A DNA stretch of 64,000 bases from Neocallimastix sp. 'constans' (taxonomy: Eukaryota), in NCBI GenBank assembly GCA_050613775.1, contig JBODTK010000106.1:124001-188000 (forward strand). Reading direction: 5' to 3'. This document shows positions 12,576-24,754 of the stretch, in pieces. The notes under the pieces were generated by a model, which worked only from the letters and a program-made list of their open reading frames with translations, was not told where the DNA came from and made no database searches. The translations under genes and the position numbers were made by a program. Numbering within the stretch: the first letter of the stretch is position 1; each line of letters starts with the position of its first letter.

Positions 12576-15500
12576 TAAATCAAACAATTTTTTAATATAA
12601 TTAATATAAAATTAATATAAAATAATTTTTATAAATAATAATATCTGATTAAATATTTATTAATAATATATTTATAATATATAATTGTATCGAATTAACT
12701 TTTTTTTAATATGTAAAATATTATTATTTAATTCTTATTGTATAAATAAATCAAATTACTTCAATTTTATCTGGTCAAAAATTTATTTGTAATAATAAAT
12801 CAGAGATAAATTTTAAATCCTTTTATATAAATCTATTCAAACTAATTACTTTAAAAAGAGTTTAAAAAAAAAAGCAACAAGAAATTTCAAGTCATTTAAA
12901 ATTTAAATAAAAAAAAAAATAAAAACAAAAATAAATGTATTAATAAAAAATAAAAATAAAAATAAACAAAAAAAAAAGTAAATAAAAATAAAAAAGAATA
13001 ATTTATGATATTTAATTAAAATGTTACTAAATATGGATGATCCATTGAAAAGTTTAAAAGTTCAATTTATAAACTCTACCAATGAAACCGTTGGAGAATG
13101 AATAAACAAATTTAATAATCAGATATTTAAACCTATCATCTTTCACCGTTATTTAAATTTAAAAAATTTTGAAGAAAAATATATTTATTAGTAATTATAG
13201 TTATTGTTTATATAAGATTGTATATATACAAATTTACTAAAACATTTATTAAATAATTATTTAAATTAAAATAGAATATAGAAAAAAATATAATATTAAA
13301 ATAAAAATTACAAAAAAATTAATATTATAATCAAATAAATATAATATTATTGTAACACGGAATTAATTGTTTAAATAAATAACATTAAGAAAATTTATAT
13401 CAATATGGCATAATTAAAATTTAATATATTACATAATACATTAAATATAAAGTATATTTTTCAACAAAATTATTTTATTTAGTATTTATTTTAACACAGA
13501 CAAATAAATAAATAAATAAATAATAAATAGATAATAAATAAATAAATAAATAAATATATAAAAAATAAATAAATAAATACATAAATAAATAAATAAATAC
13601 ATAAATAAACAAATAAATAAATAAACATATATAATAATTTAGAAATAAATGAATGAAATAAATAAATTGATAATATAGAAAGATATAAATAATAGAGATA
13701 TGAATTAAAAGATATTAAGGTACATGTAACTAATTGTTGTCGCCTTATGTCAAAAAAAAATTTTTTTTTGTTATTAGTAAAAAGGTGACAATTACTATTT
13801 TTATTTTGTGATTAACAGGAAAATTATATGAAATGCTTTATTTCTTATAAACTTATCTTTATTTAAATTATTTAATTTTATATGAAATTTTAAATATAAT
13901 TGTTGAAAATATTAAATTATTTACGTTTTTTTAAATACTATAAATAAAATTTTTTATTGAAATAAATATTCTTCTAAAAAAAAAATAATATTTTATAATT
14001 GTTTAATTTTTAATTTTTTTATTTAGTACTTTAGGATATGAATTTTATTATTTAGTTATTATCAAATTTTTATTATCTTATTTACTTAATTACTTAATAT
14101 TATCAAATTCTACTTTTTATAATTTTAATTTATTACTAAAATTTATTATTTAATTATTTAGCTAATTATTCATTTATTTATTTAATTATTGTTTATTATT
14201 TATTTATTTATTATTTTTATATACATTGAAAAAATGATGTATCAAGCATCAAATTGCCATATAAATTATTTTATGTAATATAATTCATTATATTTTAATA
14301 AATTACTTTTTATATTATAAATAATATTATAATTATATGTGGTCCAATTAGAAATTAGTTTATTATATAAACTTTTTTTTTTTAGTTAATATTTAAAAAA
14401 GAAATATCGAATTAATAGATTGTATTATCATTTAAATTACTTTCAATAAGGAATATCAATTTCCTATATATTAGTGTAAACTCCATTAATAGTTAATATA
14501 TAATAGATTCATCGTATCACCTAAATAATATATTCAATAATACATTTTTAAATATTACTATTTAATGTAATATATTCTATAATATATATTCTATATTATG
14601 ATTTAGTGAAACTTTATTTAATAATATATTTAATATTTGAGTAATACTCCATTAATTAATAAATTAATTATTGCAACTATTGTTAATATAGTTAACAAAG
14701 TAAATCTTTTCAAATTCTTTTTTTTTTTTTTTTTTTTTATATCTTATTGTATATTGAATTATGTTAAATAAATGATTTAGATTAGGCCAAATCAAATACA
14801 ATAAATATTGATCTAATATTATCAATATAAATCAATATAAAATTAATTTTAAAATTAATTTTTTTTTATATAAAATAAAATATATAGAAAGAGAAAAGAT
14901 ATAAATAAATGAATAAATAATAGTTGTTTAAATAAATAATTATATTTTTCTAAGTTTTATAATATATATTTAAGAGATTTATTTATTACCTATAATTAAT
15001 ACAATATTTTTTTTGTAAAATTAAATGAATAAATAATAATTAAATAAGTCAATAAAAATATATAAAATTTTTTTTAATTCAATTTTAATTTTTTTTTTGT
15101 ATCCATTAAAAGTACAGTACAAATATAAAATTTTATATGTAAAAAAATTAAAATTTATATATATTTATTAATATATATAGTTTAAATCAAATAAATAATA
15201 TTTTATTTATTGTATTATTGTAATAAATTTAATATTAATATTTATGAATAGATATATATCGCCAAATATATCTATATATTTATTCTATTTTTTTTTTCAT
15301 ATTTAAATTAGTGGTTTTCTTTATATTTTTAAAATAATTTTTTTTTGTTTATTTATTTTAATCTTAAGGAGTATCCTCTTAAAATATATAAAAATACTAT
15401 TATAAAATAGAAATTGTTATAAATTTATAAAAGTAATCCTATAATTAAATCTATCGTATTAATTTAAAGGATTATAATATTTATTAAAAATTTTAATAGA

Positions 15501-16349
15501 AATATATAAATAAATTTTATTTATTTTTTAGTTTTAATTTTTTGTATACTTGTTATTTTTATATAAATAATATTGTATATTGTAAAAAGAAATAATAAAA
15601 CTAAAAGAATATAATAAAAATAAAAAAAATTATTTATTACATACATAATAGTAATATTATTTTTTTCATAGATTTTAATCAAGAAATTTTTGTACAATAA
15701 ATAAAATAATCATAAAATTATTTTTTAAATAAGAAAAATAAAGAAAAATTTAATTTATTACTTTTTCAAAAAAAAAAAAGGTAAATAAAAAAAATTAAAT
15801 AAATAAGTAAATAAATTAATTTACATTAAAATTTTGAAATAATAACTATAATATAAAGAAATTAGGAAATTAGAATTGATATAATTAATTTTTTTAATAA
15901 TTGTAAAAATTTAATAAAAATAATAATTAAATAAATAAAATAATTGATTATATGATAGCAAAATTTAAATTATTTATATATATTTTGTTGTTAAAAAAAA
16001 AAAAACCTTCTTATTAGTATTAATATTAGTCAAAAAATATGAATTAAAAAAACTTCAAATAGAATGAAATAATAAACTTTTAAAAAAAAATTATATTAAA
16101 AAATGAAAAATTAATATTAATTTTATTAATAAATAGTAATTTATTTTGTACTTTAATACATTTAAAATTGTGTGTAATAATATCAAAAAAAGAATAATCT
16201 ATATATATGATTTATTTGCTTTTAAATGATTAATTTATTTAATTATTTTTGAAATTTTAATAGAAAAAAGATATTAATTTTATTTTTACTATTTATTTAT
16301 ATTTTATAATTCTAATTATTATTAAAATAATTTTGTAACTCTAAAGAAA

Positions 16350-19300
16350 ATGTTATCTGACAAGTATTCTGAATTCTACACCGACACTCGTATTTTCGAT
16401 GAATTTCTTTATCCTGTCTGTAAAACTAATGAAAATCAGGATGAAAAGAGAAAGATAAACCTTTCTTCTGCAGAAATTAAGGTTCCAGTTATTTCTGACG
16501 AACAAGCTGATGAAACAACTTACAATTATCAACCAGAACAAACTGTTGAACCAGTTAAAGAAGAAGTTGATTCTGACGATGAAGTTATTCATGGTAGACT
16601 TTTAAATAGTATTATTAAGAATGATGAACCAGCTAAAGTTTCTAAGCAAAGTTCATTTATTGTTCAACTTAACCCAAACGCTCCAAAGCCAACAACCGTT
16701 AAGCCAAAATTCGCTTTCCGTGATGATGAAAGTGATTCTGAATTAGAAAAATTAGAAGCTGAACAAAAATTCGCTGATGCCGTGTCCAACAAGTTGAAGA
16801 ACGTTAAGGCTGGTAAGAGTATTAGAGATATGGAAAGTGATGAAGAAGATGAAGTCGCTTTTATTCCACCTAAGAATAAGCGTTACAGTACTGGTAATGA
16901 ACAACCTTCTTACGTAAAGTACCCAACTCGTGAAGAATATGATGCTGCCGAAAGTAGTGACAATGAAGATGGTTATAAGAGATTTGTTCCAGCTCCAATT
17001 AAGAATAATGTTGTAAGAAAGCCTTCTAAGAGTGAAAAGAAATCCAAGATTGTTTTCAACAGTGAAAATGAAAAGAAGGATGCCTACAAGGATATTAACA
17101 ACTCCGTTTTAGAATTACCACCACCTGTTGAAGAGCCACGTGTTCCTGGATTTGTTCATCCACATCCACATCATCATCATTATCCACCACCACCACCACC
17201 ACTTCCATATCCATTATATTATGGTCAAGTTCCACCAGCTGCTGGACCATTCATTCCACCAGTTCCATTTGATGCTGCATCTACTACCTCATCCTCTTCA
17301 TCCTCTTCATCCTCCTCATCATCATCTTCATCATCATCTTCATCATCTTCTTCATCTTCCTCTTCATCATCATCATCTTCCTCTTCATCATCTTCCTCTT
17401 CTGAAGATGAAAAAATTATTATTACTAAACCAAAGGTTTCAAAGTCCAAAAAATCCGATAAAAAGAAGAAGCACGGAAAGAAGGGAAAAGTTATTTCTCC
17501 AATTCTTAAGCCAGAAGGTCAATCTACTCCAATTGTTAGTACTACTGAAGTTGTTACTGATGTTGACAACAAGAAGGAACCAGCTATTAGCAATGCTTCT
17601 CTTACCTTAATTGGTCATAACAGTCCACGTCCACATCATCACATTCCACTTCCACCAAGAAGAAATAGTTTACTTGACTTTGAAGATGATGAATTTATTT
17701 CTTCATTTAATCTTAGTGTTAAGCCACCAAAGCATGTCATTTATCCAGAAAGTATTAGACATGCTATTGATACTTTAATTAGAATGCAAGATGAAAAGCA
17801 CAGAGATATTCTTGTTGAAAAGGAATTATTTGATAAGTTAAGAAAATGGTATGAACAAACTATTAGAGATCAAGAAGATGCTCTCTTCAACATTCAAAAG
17901 GCTCTTGATATTCTTAAAACAAAGTATGCTAAGTCTAAGGAAATTAGAAACCGTCAAGCTGATGATATTGCAAGAAAAGAACATGAAATTCGTGTTCTTA
18001 AGGATGAAATTAGAAAGCTTCGTGATGATTATAATGATCTTCGTCGTAAGTTACATGGTCAAGTTAAGCTTAATGGATTACAAATTAGTGAAATTAAAAA
18101 GTTAAATGATCAAATTAGGGGTCTTACAAAACTTAATAATGAACAAAAGATTTGTATTGATAAGCAAAATGGTATCATTGATGATTTACGCCATAAGATT
18201 CATGGTCAAGAAAAGCATATTAAAGATTTAGATGGTTACATTAAGAAGCAAGAAAAACGTATTCTTGATTTAAATAAAATCTGTTCTGAACAAGAAAAGA
18301 AGATTGAAGGTCAAACTGTCTTAATTCATGACCAACGTAGAAAGTTAGATGCTATTGCTGCTACTTCTCACCCAGTTGTTTTACCACCAAAGCATCATCG
18401 TCATCATCATCGTTCCTTACCATTACCACCACCAACAAGAGTAATTTACACTTCTTCTTCCTCCTCTTCATCCTCCTCTTCATCCTCCTCATCATCCTCC
18501 TCATCATCCTCATCCTCCCCATCCTTATCCTCATTATCTTCTTACTCCTCTTCTGATGATGAATACCGTTTTTTTCCAAGACATGTACCCCATATCTATC
18601 CGAGGCAAGAGAAATTATTAAAGCAAAAACCTGTTATTGAAACTATTAAAATTGTAAAGGATTCCTCCTCATCTTCATCTTCATCTTCATCCTCTTCTGA
18701 TTCTGATTTTGATTATGACATTTACAAGAGAAGACCAAGAATTGTAAAACTCTCAAAGAGACGTCATCATCATCGTAGCAGCAGTTCTAGCAGTTCTAGC
18801 AGTAGTTCAAGCAGCTCAAGTAGTTCTGACAGTTCCAGTAGCAGTTCTAGTAGTAGTTCTAGCAGTAGTTCAAGCAGTAGTTCTAGCAGCTCAAGTAGTT
18901 CTAGTAGTTCTTCCAGCAGTAGTAGTAAATCAGAAATTAAGAAGGTTAAGAAGGTTAAAAAGCAACCAGTGGAAGTCCAACAACCAAAAATTGAAAAGGT
19001 TGAAAATTCAAAGAAGGAAAAGAAACCAATGGGTCCAACTATTATAAAGAAGATTACTAAGACAACTACCAAGAATGAAACTAGTAGTAATAGTAATGTT
19101 AATAATAATTCTGAAAACAAACAAACTACTAAAGTTCCAGAAAAAAAGACTGTTATAACAACTGAACATAATGTCACATCAAATTCTTCTGGTAGTAAGA
19201 CTGATGATTACTATTACACTGACGAAAAGACTGGTCAAACTTACCATGTTATTACCGGTTCCTCATCATCTTCTAATGTAATTACAGATGGTGATAAGAA

Positions 19301-20087
19301 GAAGCAAGAAGAAGAATACAGAAAGAAGATTGAAGAAGAAGAATACAGAAAAAAGATAGAAGAAGAAGAATACAGAAAGAAGATTGAAGAAGAATACAAG
19401 AAGAAGAAAAAGGAAGAAGAACATAAGAAAAAGAAGGAAGAAGAAGAAAAGAAGAAGAAGAAGGAAGAAGAAGAAAAGAAGAAGAAGAAGGAAGAAGAAA
19501 AGAAGAAGAAGAAGGAAGAAGAAGAAAAGAAGAAGAAGAAGGAAGAAGAAGAAAAGAAGAAGAAGAAGGAAGAAGAAAAGAAGAAGAAGAAGGAAGAAGA
19601 AGAAAAGAAGAAGAAGAAGGAAAAGGAAGAAGAAAAGAAGAAGAAGGGAAAGGAAGAAGAAAAGAAAAAGAAGGAAAAGGAAGAAGAAAAGAAAAAGAAG
19701 GAAAAGGAAGAAGAAAAGAAAAAGAAGGAAAAGGAAGAAGAAAAAAAGAAGAAGGAAAAGGAAGAAGAAAAGAAAAAGAAGGAAAAGGAAGAAGAAAAAA
19801 AGAAGAAGGAAAAGGAAGAAGAAAAGAAAAAGAAGGAAAAGGAAGAAGAAAAGAAAAAGAAGAAGGAAGAAGAAGAAAAGAAGAAGAAAAAGGAGGAAGA
19901 AGAAAAGAAGAAGAAGAAGGAAGAAGAAGAAAAGAAAAAGCTTCAAGAACAAGCTTTACAAATTTTAGAATCATCAAATAATGAAGAACACCATAGTGGT
20001 TCAAATCACAATGAAAGTAGTTACAATAAATACTCCAACATTACTGAAACTACTGTAGAAACTATCTACGAACTTCTTAGAAAGTAA
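16350..20087 (+). CDS. Hypothetical 1245-aa modular low-complexity protein (acidic N-terminus, His/Pro motifs, four poly-Ser tracts, central coiled coil, KE-repeat charged helix)
   Basis: 3.7-kb uninterrupted ORF with strongly biased codons (AAG, CGT, GGT, CCA, GCT). The ATG follows ...CTAAAG|AAA, so an upstream exon is possible. Confidence 0.9.
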   Translation: MLSDKYSEFYTDTRIFDEFLYPVCKTNENQDEKRKINLSSAEIKVPVISDEQADETTYNYQPEQTVEPVKEEVDSDDEVIHGRLLNSIIKNDEPAKVSKQSSFIVQLNPNAPKPTTVKPKFAFRDDESDSELEKLEAEQKFADAVSNKLKNVKAGKSIRDMESDEEDEVAFIPPKNKRYSTGNEQPSYVKYPTREEYDAAESSDNEDGYKRFVPAPIKNNVVRKPSKSEKKSKIVFNSENEKKDAYKDINNSVLELPPPVEEPRVPGFVHPHPHHHHYPPPPPPLPYPLYYGQVPPAAGPFIPPVPFDAASTTSSSSSSSSSSSSSSSSSSSSSSSSSSSSSSSSSSSSSSEDEKIIITKPKVSKSKKSDKKKKHGKKGKVISPILKPEGQSTPIVSTTEVVTDVDNKKEPAISNASLTLIGHNSPRPHHHIPLPPRRNSLLDFEDDEFISSFNLSVKPPKHVIYPESIRHAIDTLIRMQDEKHRDILVEKELFDKLRKWYEQTIRDQEDALFNIQKALDILKTKYAKSKEIRNRQADDIARKEHEIRVLKDEIRKLRDDYNDLRRKLHGQVKLNGLQISEIKKLNDQIRGLTKLNNEQKICIDKQNGIIDDLRHKIHGQEKHIKDLDGYIKKQEKRILDLNKICSEQEKKIEGQTVLIHDQRRKLDAIAATSHPVVLPPKHHRHHHRSLPLPPPTRVIYTSSSSSSSSSSSSSSSSSSSSSSPSLSSLSSYSSSDDEYRFFPRHVPHIYPRQEKLLKQKPVIETIKIVKDSSSSSSSSSSSSDSDFDYDIYKRRPRIVKLSKRRHHHRSSSSSSSSSSSSSSSSSDSSSSSSSSSSSSSSSSSSSSSSSSSSSSSSSSKSEIKKVKKVKKQPVEVQQPKIEKVENSKKEKKPMGPTIIKKITKTTTKNETSSNSNVNNNSENKQTTKVPEKKTVITTEHNVTSNSSGSKTDDYYYTDEKTGQTYHVITGSSSSSNVITDGDKKKQEEEYRKKIEEEEYRKKIEEEEYRKKIEEEYKKKKKEEEHKKKKEEEEKKKKKEEEEKKKKKEEEKKKKKEEEEKKKKKEEEEKKKKKEEEKKKKKEEEEKKKKKEKEEEKKKKGKEEEKKKKEKEEEKKKKEKEEEKKKKEKEEEKKKKEKEEEKKKKEKEEEKKKKEKEEEKKKKEKEEEKKKKKEEEEKKKKKEEEEKKKKKEEEEKKKLQEQALQILESSNNEEHHSGSNHNESSYNKYSNITETTVETIYELLRK

Positions 20088-20938
20088 GTTTAATTTTTTT
20101 TAATTAATTAATTATGCTTTGATTTATTTATTTTATATATTGAAATTTAAATGTAAAAGGGATAATATAAAATAGATTATTTTTAATAGTAATAATAATT
20201 TATTTAAAAATATTTAGTTGTTATTAACAAATTTAATTTTTGAATATATTGAATATGTATTTTATATAATATTAATTTTTTTTTTAAAAAAAAAGGCCAA
20301 GATCATTTAGAAAAGATTAAATATACTAAACGATCTATCTATAATTGTTAGTATATATATAATTTTTTTTTAAAAAAACAATATCGAAATAAAGAAAAAT
20401 AAAAAGAGACCTTTTTTTTATTTAATAAATTATAATTTATTTTTATGTCATTGAAAAATTAAAATTTATAAATAATAGTAGAAAAAGGTCTCAAAATAAA
20501 TTAATTATTTAATGTACAAAAGAAAGAAGAAAAATATTAAACAAAAAATTAAAATAGATTTTAAATATATTAAACTATAGAGAAATTCTATAGAGAAATT
20601 CAATATTATACAATCAAAATTTTGAAAGAAATGAAAAAGATTTTTTTTTTAAAATATATTGAATAATGTATATTTTAAAAGGAAATAATTAGAATTTCAA
20701 TTCGTAGTTATATATATAGTTAATTTCTATTATAACAAGGAATTTTATTTATTATTTTTTTTTATTAATATTATATCCACAAATTATAAATTAGGATATA
20801 AATATTTTTTATATATATCAAAAAAAGTAAAATAAAAAAAAAAAAAAAACAATATTATATTTAATATTATAATTAAAAAATTTATTAAAAAGCAAAAATT
20901 TTTAAATTATTCATAAAATACTAAACTAAAAAACAAGA

Positions 20939-20984
<46 letters not shown>

Positions 20985-21689
20985 ATAACAAAAATAAATA
21001 AATACGATAGAAAATAATAAATGGAAGTCAAAATTAAAAATGTAAAAGAAAGAAGAAATTGAAAGTCAAAATTAAAAATGTATTAAGAAAGAAGAAAATC
21101 TTAAAGCAGTAATAAAGTATAAAGTACACGTAAAGTAAAAAATAATTAAAAAGGAATAATTTTTAAAAATAAAATCAAAATAATATAAATAATAAAAAAT
21201 AAATAAATAAAAATAAAAATAAAATGTTATAAACCAAAATTATAAAATTATAATGCAAAAAAATAAAAATAATAATATTTTTTTGCAAAAATTTATAAAG
21301 TTTTAATTTTAAATAAAAATAAATAAAATAAATAAACAAAAGTCGAACAAAATAAAATAAAATAAAATAAAATAAAATAAAAAATTAATAAAATTTTATA
21401 AATATTATTAGAAGTTTTAAGAACTATAAAGAAAAAATAATGCCAGATAGTAGTTTAAAATAAAAAATAATACATTATATATTAGTTTTTGATTTATAAG
21501 TCAATTTATAAAAATATTATTTGTAATTATTATTGTTTTTTGTTTTATGTATTTATATAATCTTTTAGTTTATTTATTTAAGGATAGAATTAAATTTATA
21601 TAGTTATGAAAATTGAGTTTATAGTAATTCTTAAATTAATAGGTTAAAATAAAGGTGGAATTTAGTAATTATAATAATTATTTAGAAAA

Positions 21690-21744
<55 letters not shown>

Positions 21745-21901
21745 TATATATATGTGAGACAGATTATATAACTTCTTTCTTCGTGTAGAAGAGATGCAGG
21801 CGTTATTGATTTAAATTATAAAAATGAATAGGATGTTTGAAATTAGAAGTAGGGTTTCTGACAATTGTCCTAAATTTTGATGATTGTCCCTTGCTGTGTT
21901 G

Positions 21902-23837
21902 GGGTGTGGGACATTTCGCCAAATTGCATTTCGCCAAGTTGCGTTTCGCCAATTTTTTTGAAAGCATGTGGCGTATTAAAAAAATGTGGCATTTCGCCAA
22001 ATTGAGAATTATTAAATAAATAAATAAATAAATAAATTTAAATATTTTTAATATTGATGTATTTATAATTATGAAGTAAATATTTAAATATTAAAAAAAT
22101 TTTTTTCATATATAAATAGCTTTACAAATATCTGTTTAAATAAATAATAAATTGATAAATAATAAATAAAAAAAAAAATAATAATAAAATAAACAATATA
22201 GTAATATAATTAATAAAAAAAATAATAATATAAACACTATTGCTATAATTATAAAAGGATTGTCATTAATAATAATAATGACGATTAAATTATAAATAAT
22301 ATTATTATTATTTACAAATAATGAATAAATACAATAATTATTAAAGTATTTTTAATCTTTGTTAGATTAGGTTAGCTTAAAAACATTAAAATATATTTTT
22401 ATGATAAAATATTATTATTTTAAAAATATATTTTTATAATTAAAGTATTGCTATAATATTATTTTTTTACAAAATATTAAAATATATCTTTATAATTAAA
22501 TTTATTTTTATAATTAAATATTTTAAATAATTATTTTATTACTATTTTACAAAATATTAAAATATATCTTTATAATTAAATATTATAAATTATTATTTTA
22601 TTACTATTTTACGAAATATTAAAATATATAATAATAATTTTTTTAATAGTAAAAATTATTTTAAAAAGAGAATAAATGAATAAATACAATAATTATTAAA
22701 GTATTTTTAATCTTTATTAGATTAGGTTAGCTTAAGAACATTAAAATATATTTTTATGATAAAATATTATTATTTTAAAAATATATTTTTATAATTAAAG
22801 TATTGCTATTATTTTTTTACAAAATATTAAAATATATCTTTATAATTAAATTTATTTTTATAATTAAATATTTTAAATAATTATTTTATTACTATTTTAC
22901 AAAATATTAAAATATATCTTTATAATTAAATATTATAAATTATTATTTTATTACTATTTTACGAAATATTAAACTATATAATAATAATTTTTTTAATAGT
23001 AAAAATTATTTTAAAAAGAGAATAAATGAATAAATACAATAATTATTAAAGTATTTTTAATCTTTATTAGATTAGGTTAGCTTAAGAACATTAAAATATA
23101 TTTTTATGATAAAATATTATTATTTTAAAAATATATTTTTATAATTAAAGTATTGCTATAATATTATTTTTTTACAAAATATTAAAATATATCTTTATAA
23201 TTAAATTTATTTTTATAATTAAATATTTTAAATAATTATTTTATTACTATTTTACAAAATATTAAAATATATCTTTATAATTAAATATTATAAATTATTA
23301 TTTTATTACTATTTTACGAAATATTAAAATATATAATAATAATTTTTTTAATAGTAAAAATTATTTTAAAAAGAGAATAAATGAATAAATACAATAATTA
23401 TTAAAGTATTTTTAATCTTTATTAGATTAGGTTAGCTTAAGAACATTAAAATATATTTTTATGATAAAATATTATTATTTTAAAAATATATTTTTATAAT
23501 TAAAGTATTGCTATAATATTATTTTTTTACAAAATATTAAAATATATCTTTATAATTAAATTTATTTTTATAATTAAATATTATTAATAATTATTTTATT
23601 TTAAAAAATATCTATAATTAATTATAAAATATAATAAAAACAAGTTTAAAAAAATTATTTTGAATTTTTATTTATTTAAAAAAATTATTTTGAATTTTTA
23701 TTTATTTATTCATTCATTTACTTATATCAATAAGCCATTTGTCGAAATGCAACTTGGGGAAATGCAACATTTTAATAATACGCCACTTGGCGAAATGCAA
23801 TCTGGGGAAATGCAATCTGGGGAAATGCAACTCTCCC
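21902..23837. mobile_element. Non-autonomous Mutator-like (MULE/foldback-type) DNA transposon, 1936 bp
   Basis: Exact 9-bp target-site duplication GCTGTGTTG at 21893-21901 and 23838-23846. Termini are GGG...CCC. Imperfect ~100-bp TIRs are built of GCATTTC(G/C)CCA repeats plus a GTGGCGTATT/AATACGCCAC pair. No transposase ORF. Confidence 0.9.
22321..23600. repeat. Internal tandem array of ~355-bp units (~3.6 copies) inside the MULE
   Basis: The unit start ATGAATAAATACAATAATTATTAAAG occurs at 22321, 22676, 23026 and 23381. Each unit carries TTAGATTAGGTTAGCTTAA. Confidence 0.95.
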
Positions 23838-23966
23838 GCTGTGTTGTTATTTTTTCATTTAATTCATGTAATTTTATTATTATTATAAATTAAATAAAGT
23901 TTTCTCTAAGTCTTAAAAAAAAAAAAAAACTTCCTGGTGGAATTTCAGCTTTAGATGAGCTACAAT

Positions 23967-24536
23967 ATTTTTATCCCTGTTGTAAAAGTAATAAACAATG
24001 GATAAGGCATTGGTTAATTGATTGTCCATTTTTCAATCATATTCATAGTAAAGTTAATGATAAACCGTGGCAACCTAACAAATGATATTGTTAATAGTAA
24101 TAATGATAATAGCAACAGTAATAATAGTAATAGTAATAATAGTAATGGTAATAATAGTTATAGTAATATTAGTAATAGTATTTTTAGTAATGTTAGTAAT
24201 AGTATTGAAAATAATGTGTATGTTGATTCTAGTGTGTGGGAAAAAGTGTTTAATTTCCTTTTTGGAGGTCGAAGTATTAATAACAGTACAAGGGCATGGA
24301 AGGATCTATTTAAGTGTCAGATGAAATCAAGTGCTTATTCTGATACTCCATTCTTGGTGGTTACTGCAGCACTTCTCCAATCGATTATACCTATTGCTAT
24401 TGGCCAGCAATGGTCTTTGTTCAATAGGTTCAAATCGAATCGTACTACTACTACCAGCAGCGTCAATGCTGAAGAAACAGTAAGACAGGCCAGCAGGGTT
24501 AACGCAACCAATGAAGATCATAATTTCGTATCTTAA
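23967..24536 (+). mobile_element. 3' fragment of non-LTR retrotransposon ORF2 (CCHC zinc knuckle + C-terminal domain), copy A
   Basis: From 23972 the frame reads YPCCKSNKQWIRHWLIDCPFF (zf-RVT-type CxxC...H....C). It then frameshifts into ORF 24018-24536 (FLFGG..., DTPFLV..., SSVNA..RQ). Confidence 0.75.
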
Positions 24537-24754
24537 AATTATGATTAGCATTGTGAAGTCAAAATTAATTATTATATTAATTATTATACTTCAGTATAAT
24601 AATGTCCTTGTGAAGTCTTACAGATATTAATTAAATGAAACTAGAATATATTATACCATTATTTTATTTTATTTTGTGTTTTATTTTTTGTTTATTTTTT
24701 TATCTTTTTGTTTCTTTTTAATACATGTATTTTTTTCAAATATTTAATTAATAA

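Noticed and set aside
12114..12587. Two hydrophobic ORFs (LFIIYY repeats) resembling membrane proteins
   Set aside because: Translations of the AATAAAT satellite.
16353..20004. Nested alternative-frame and antisense ORFs in the 1245-aa gene
   Set aside because: By-products of low-complexity codon repeats that lack stops in other frames.
21803..23893. ORFs 21803-22000, 21837-22019 and 23660-23893; also a CRISPR-like reading of the repeats
   Set aside because: They are translations of the TIR subrepeats. The internal units are near-identical with no unique spacers, and the DNA is eukaryotic.
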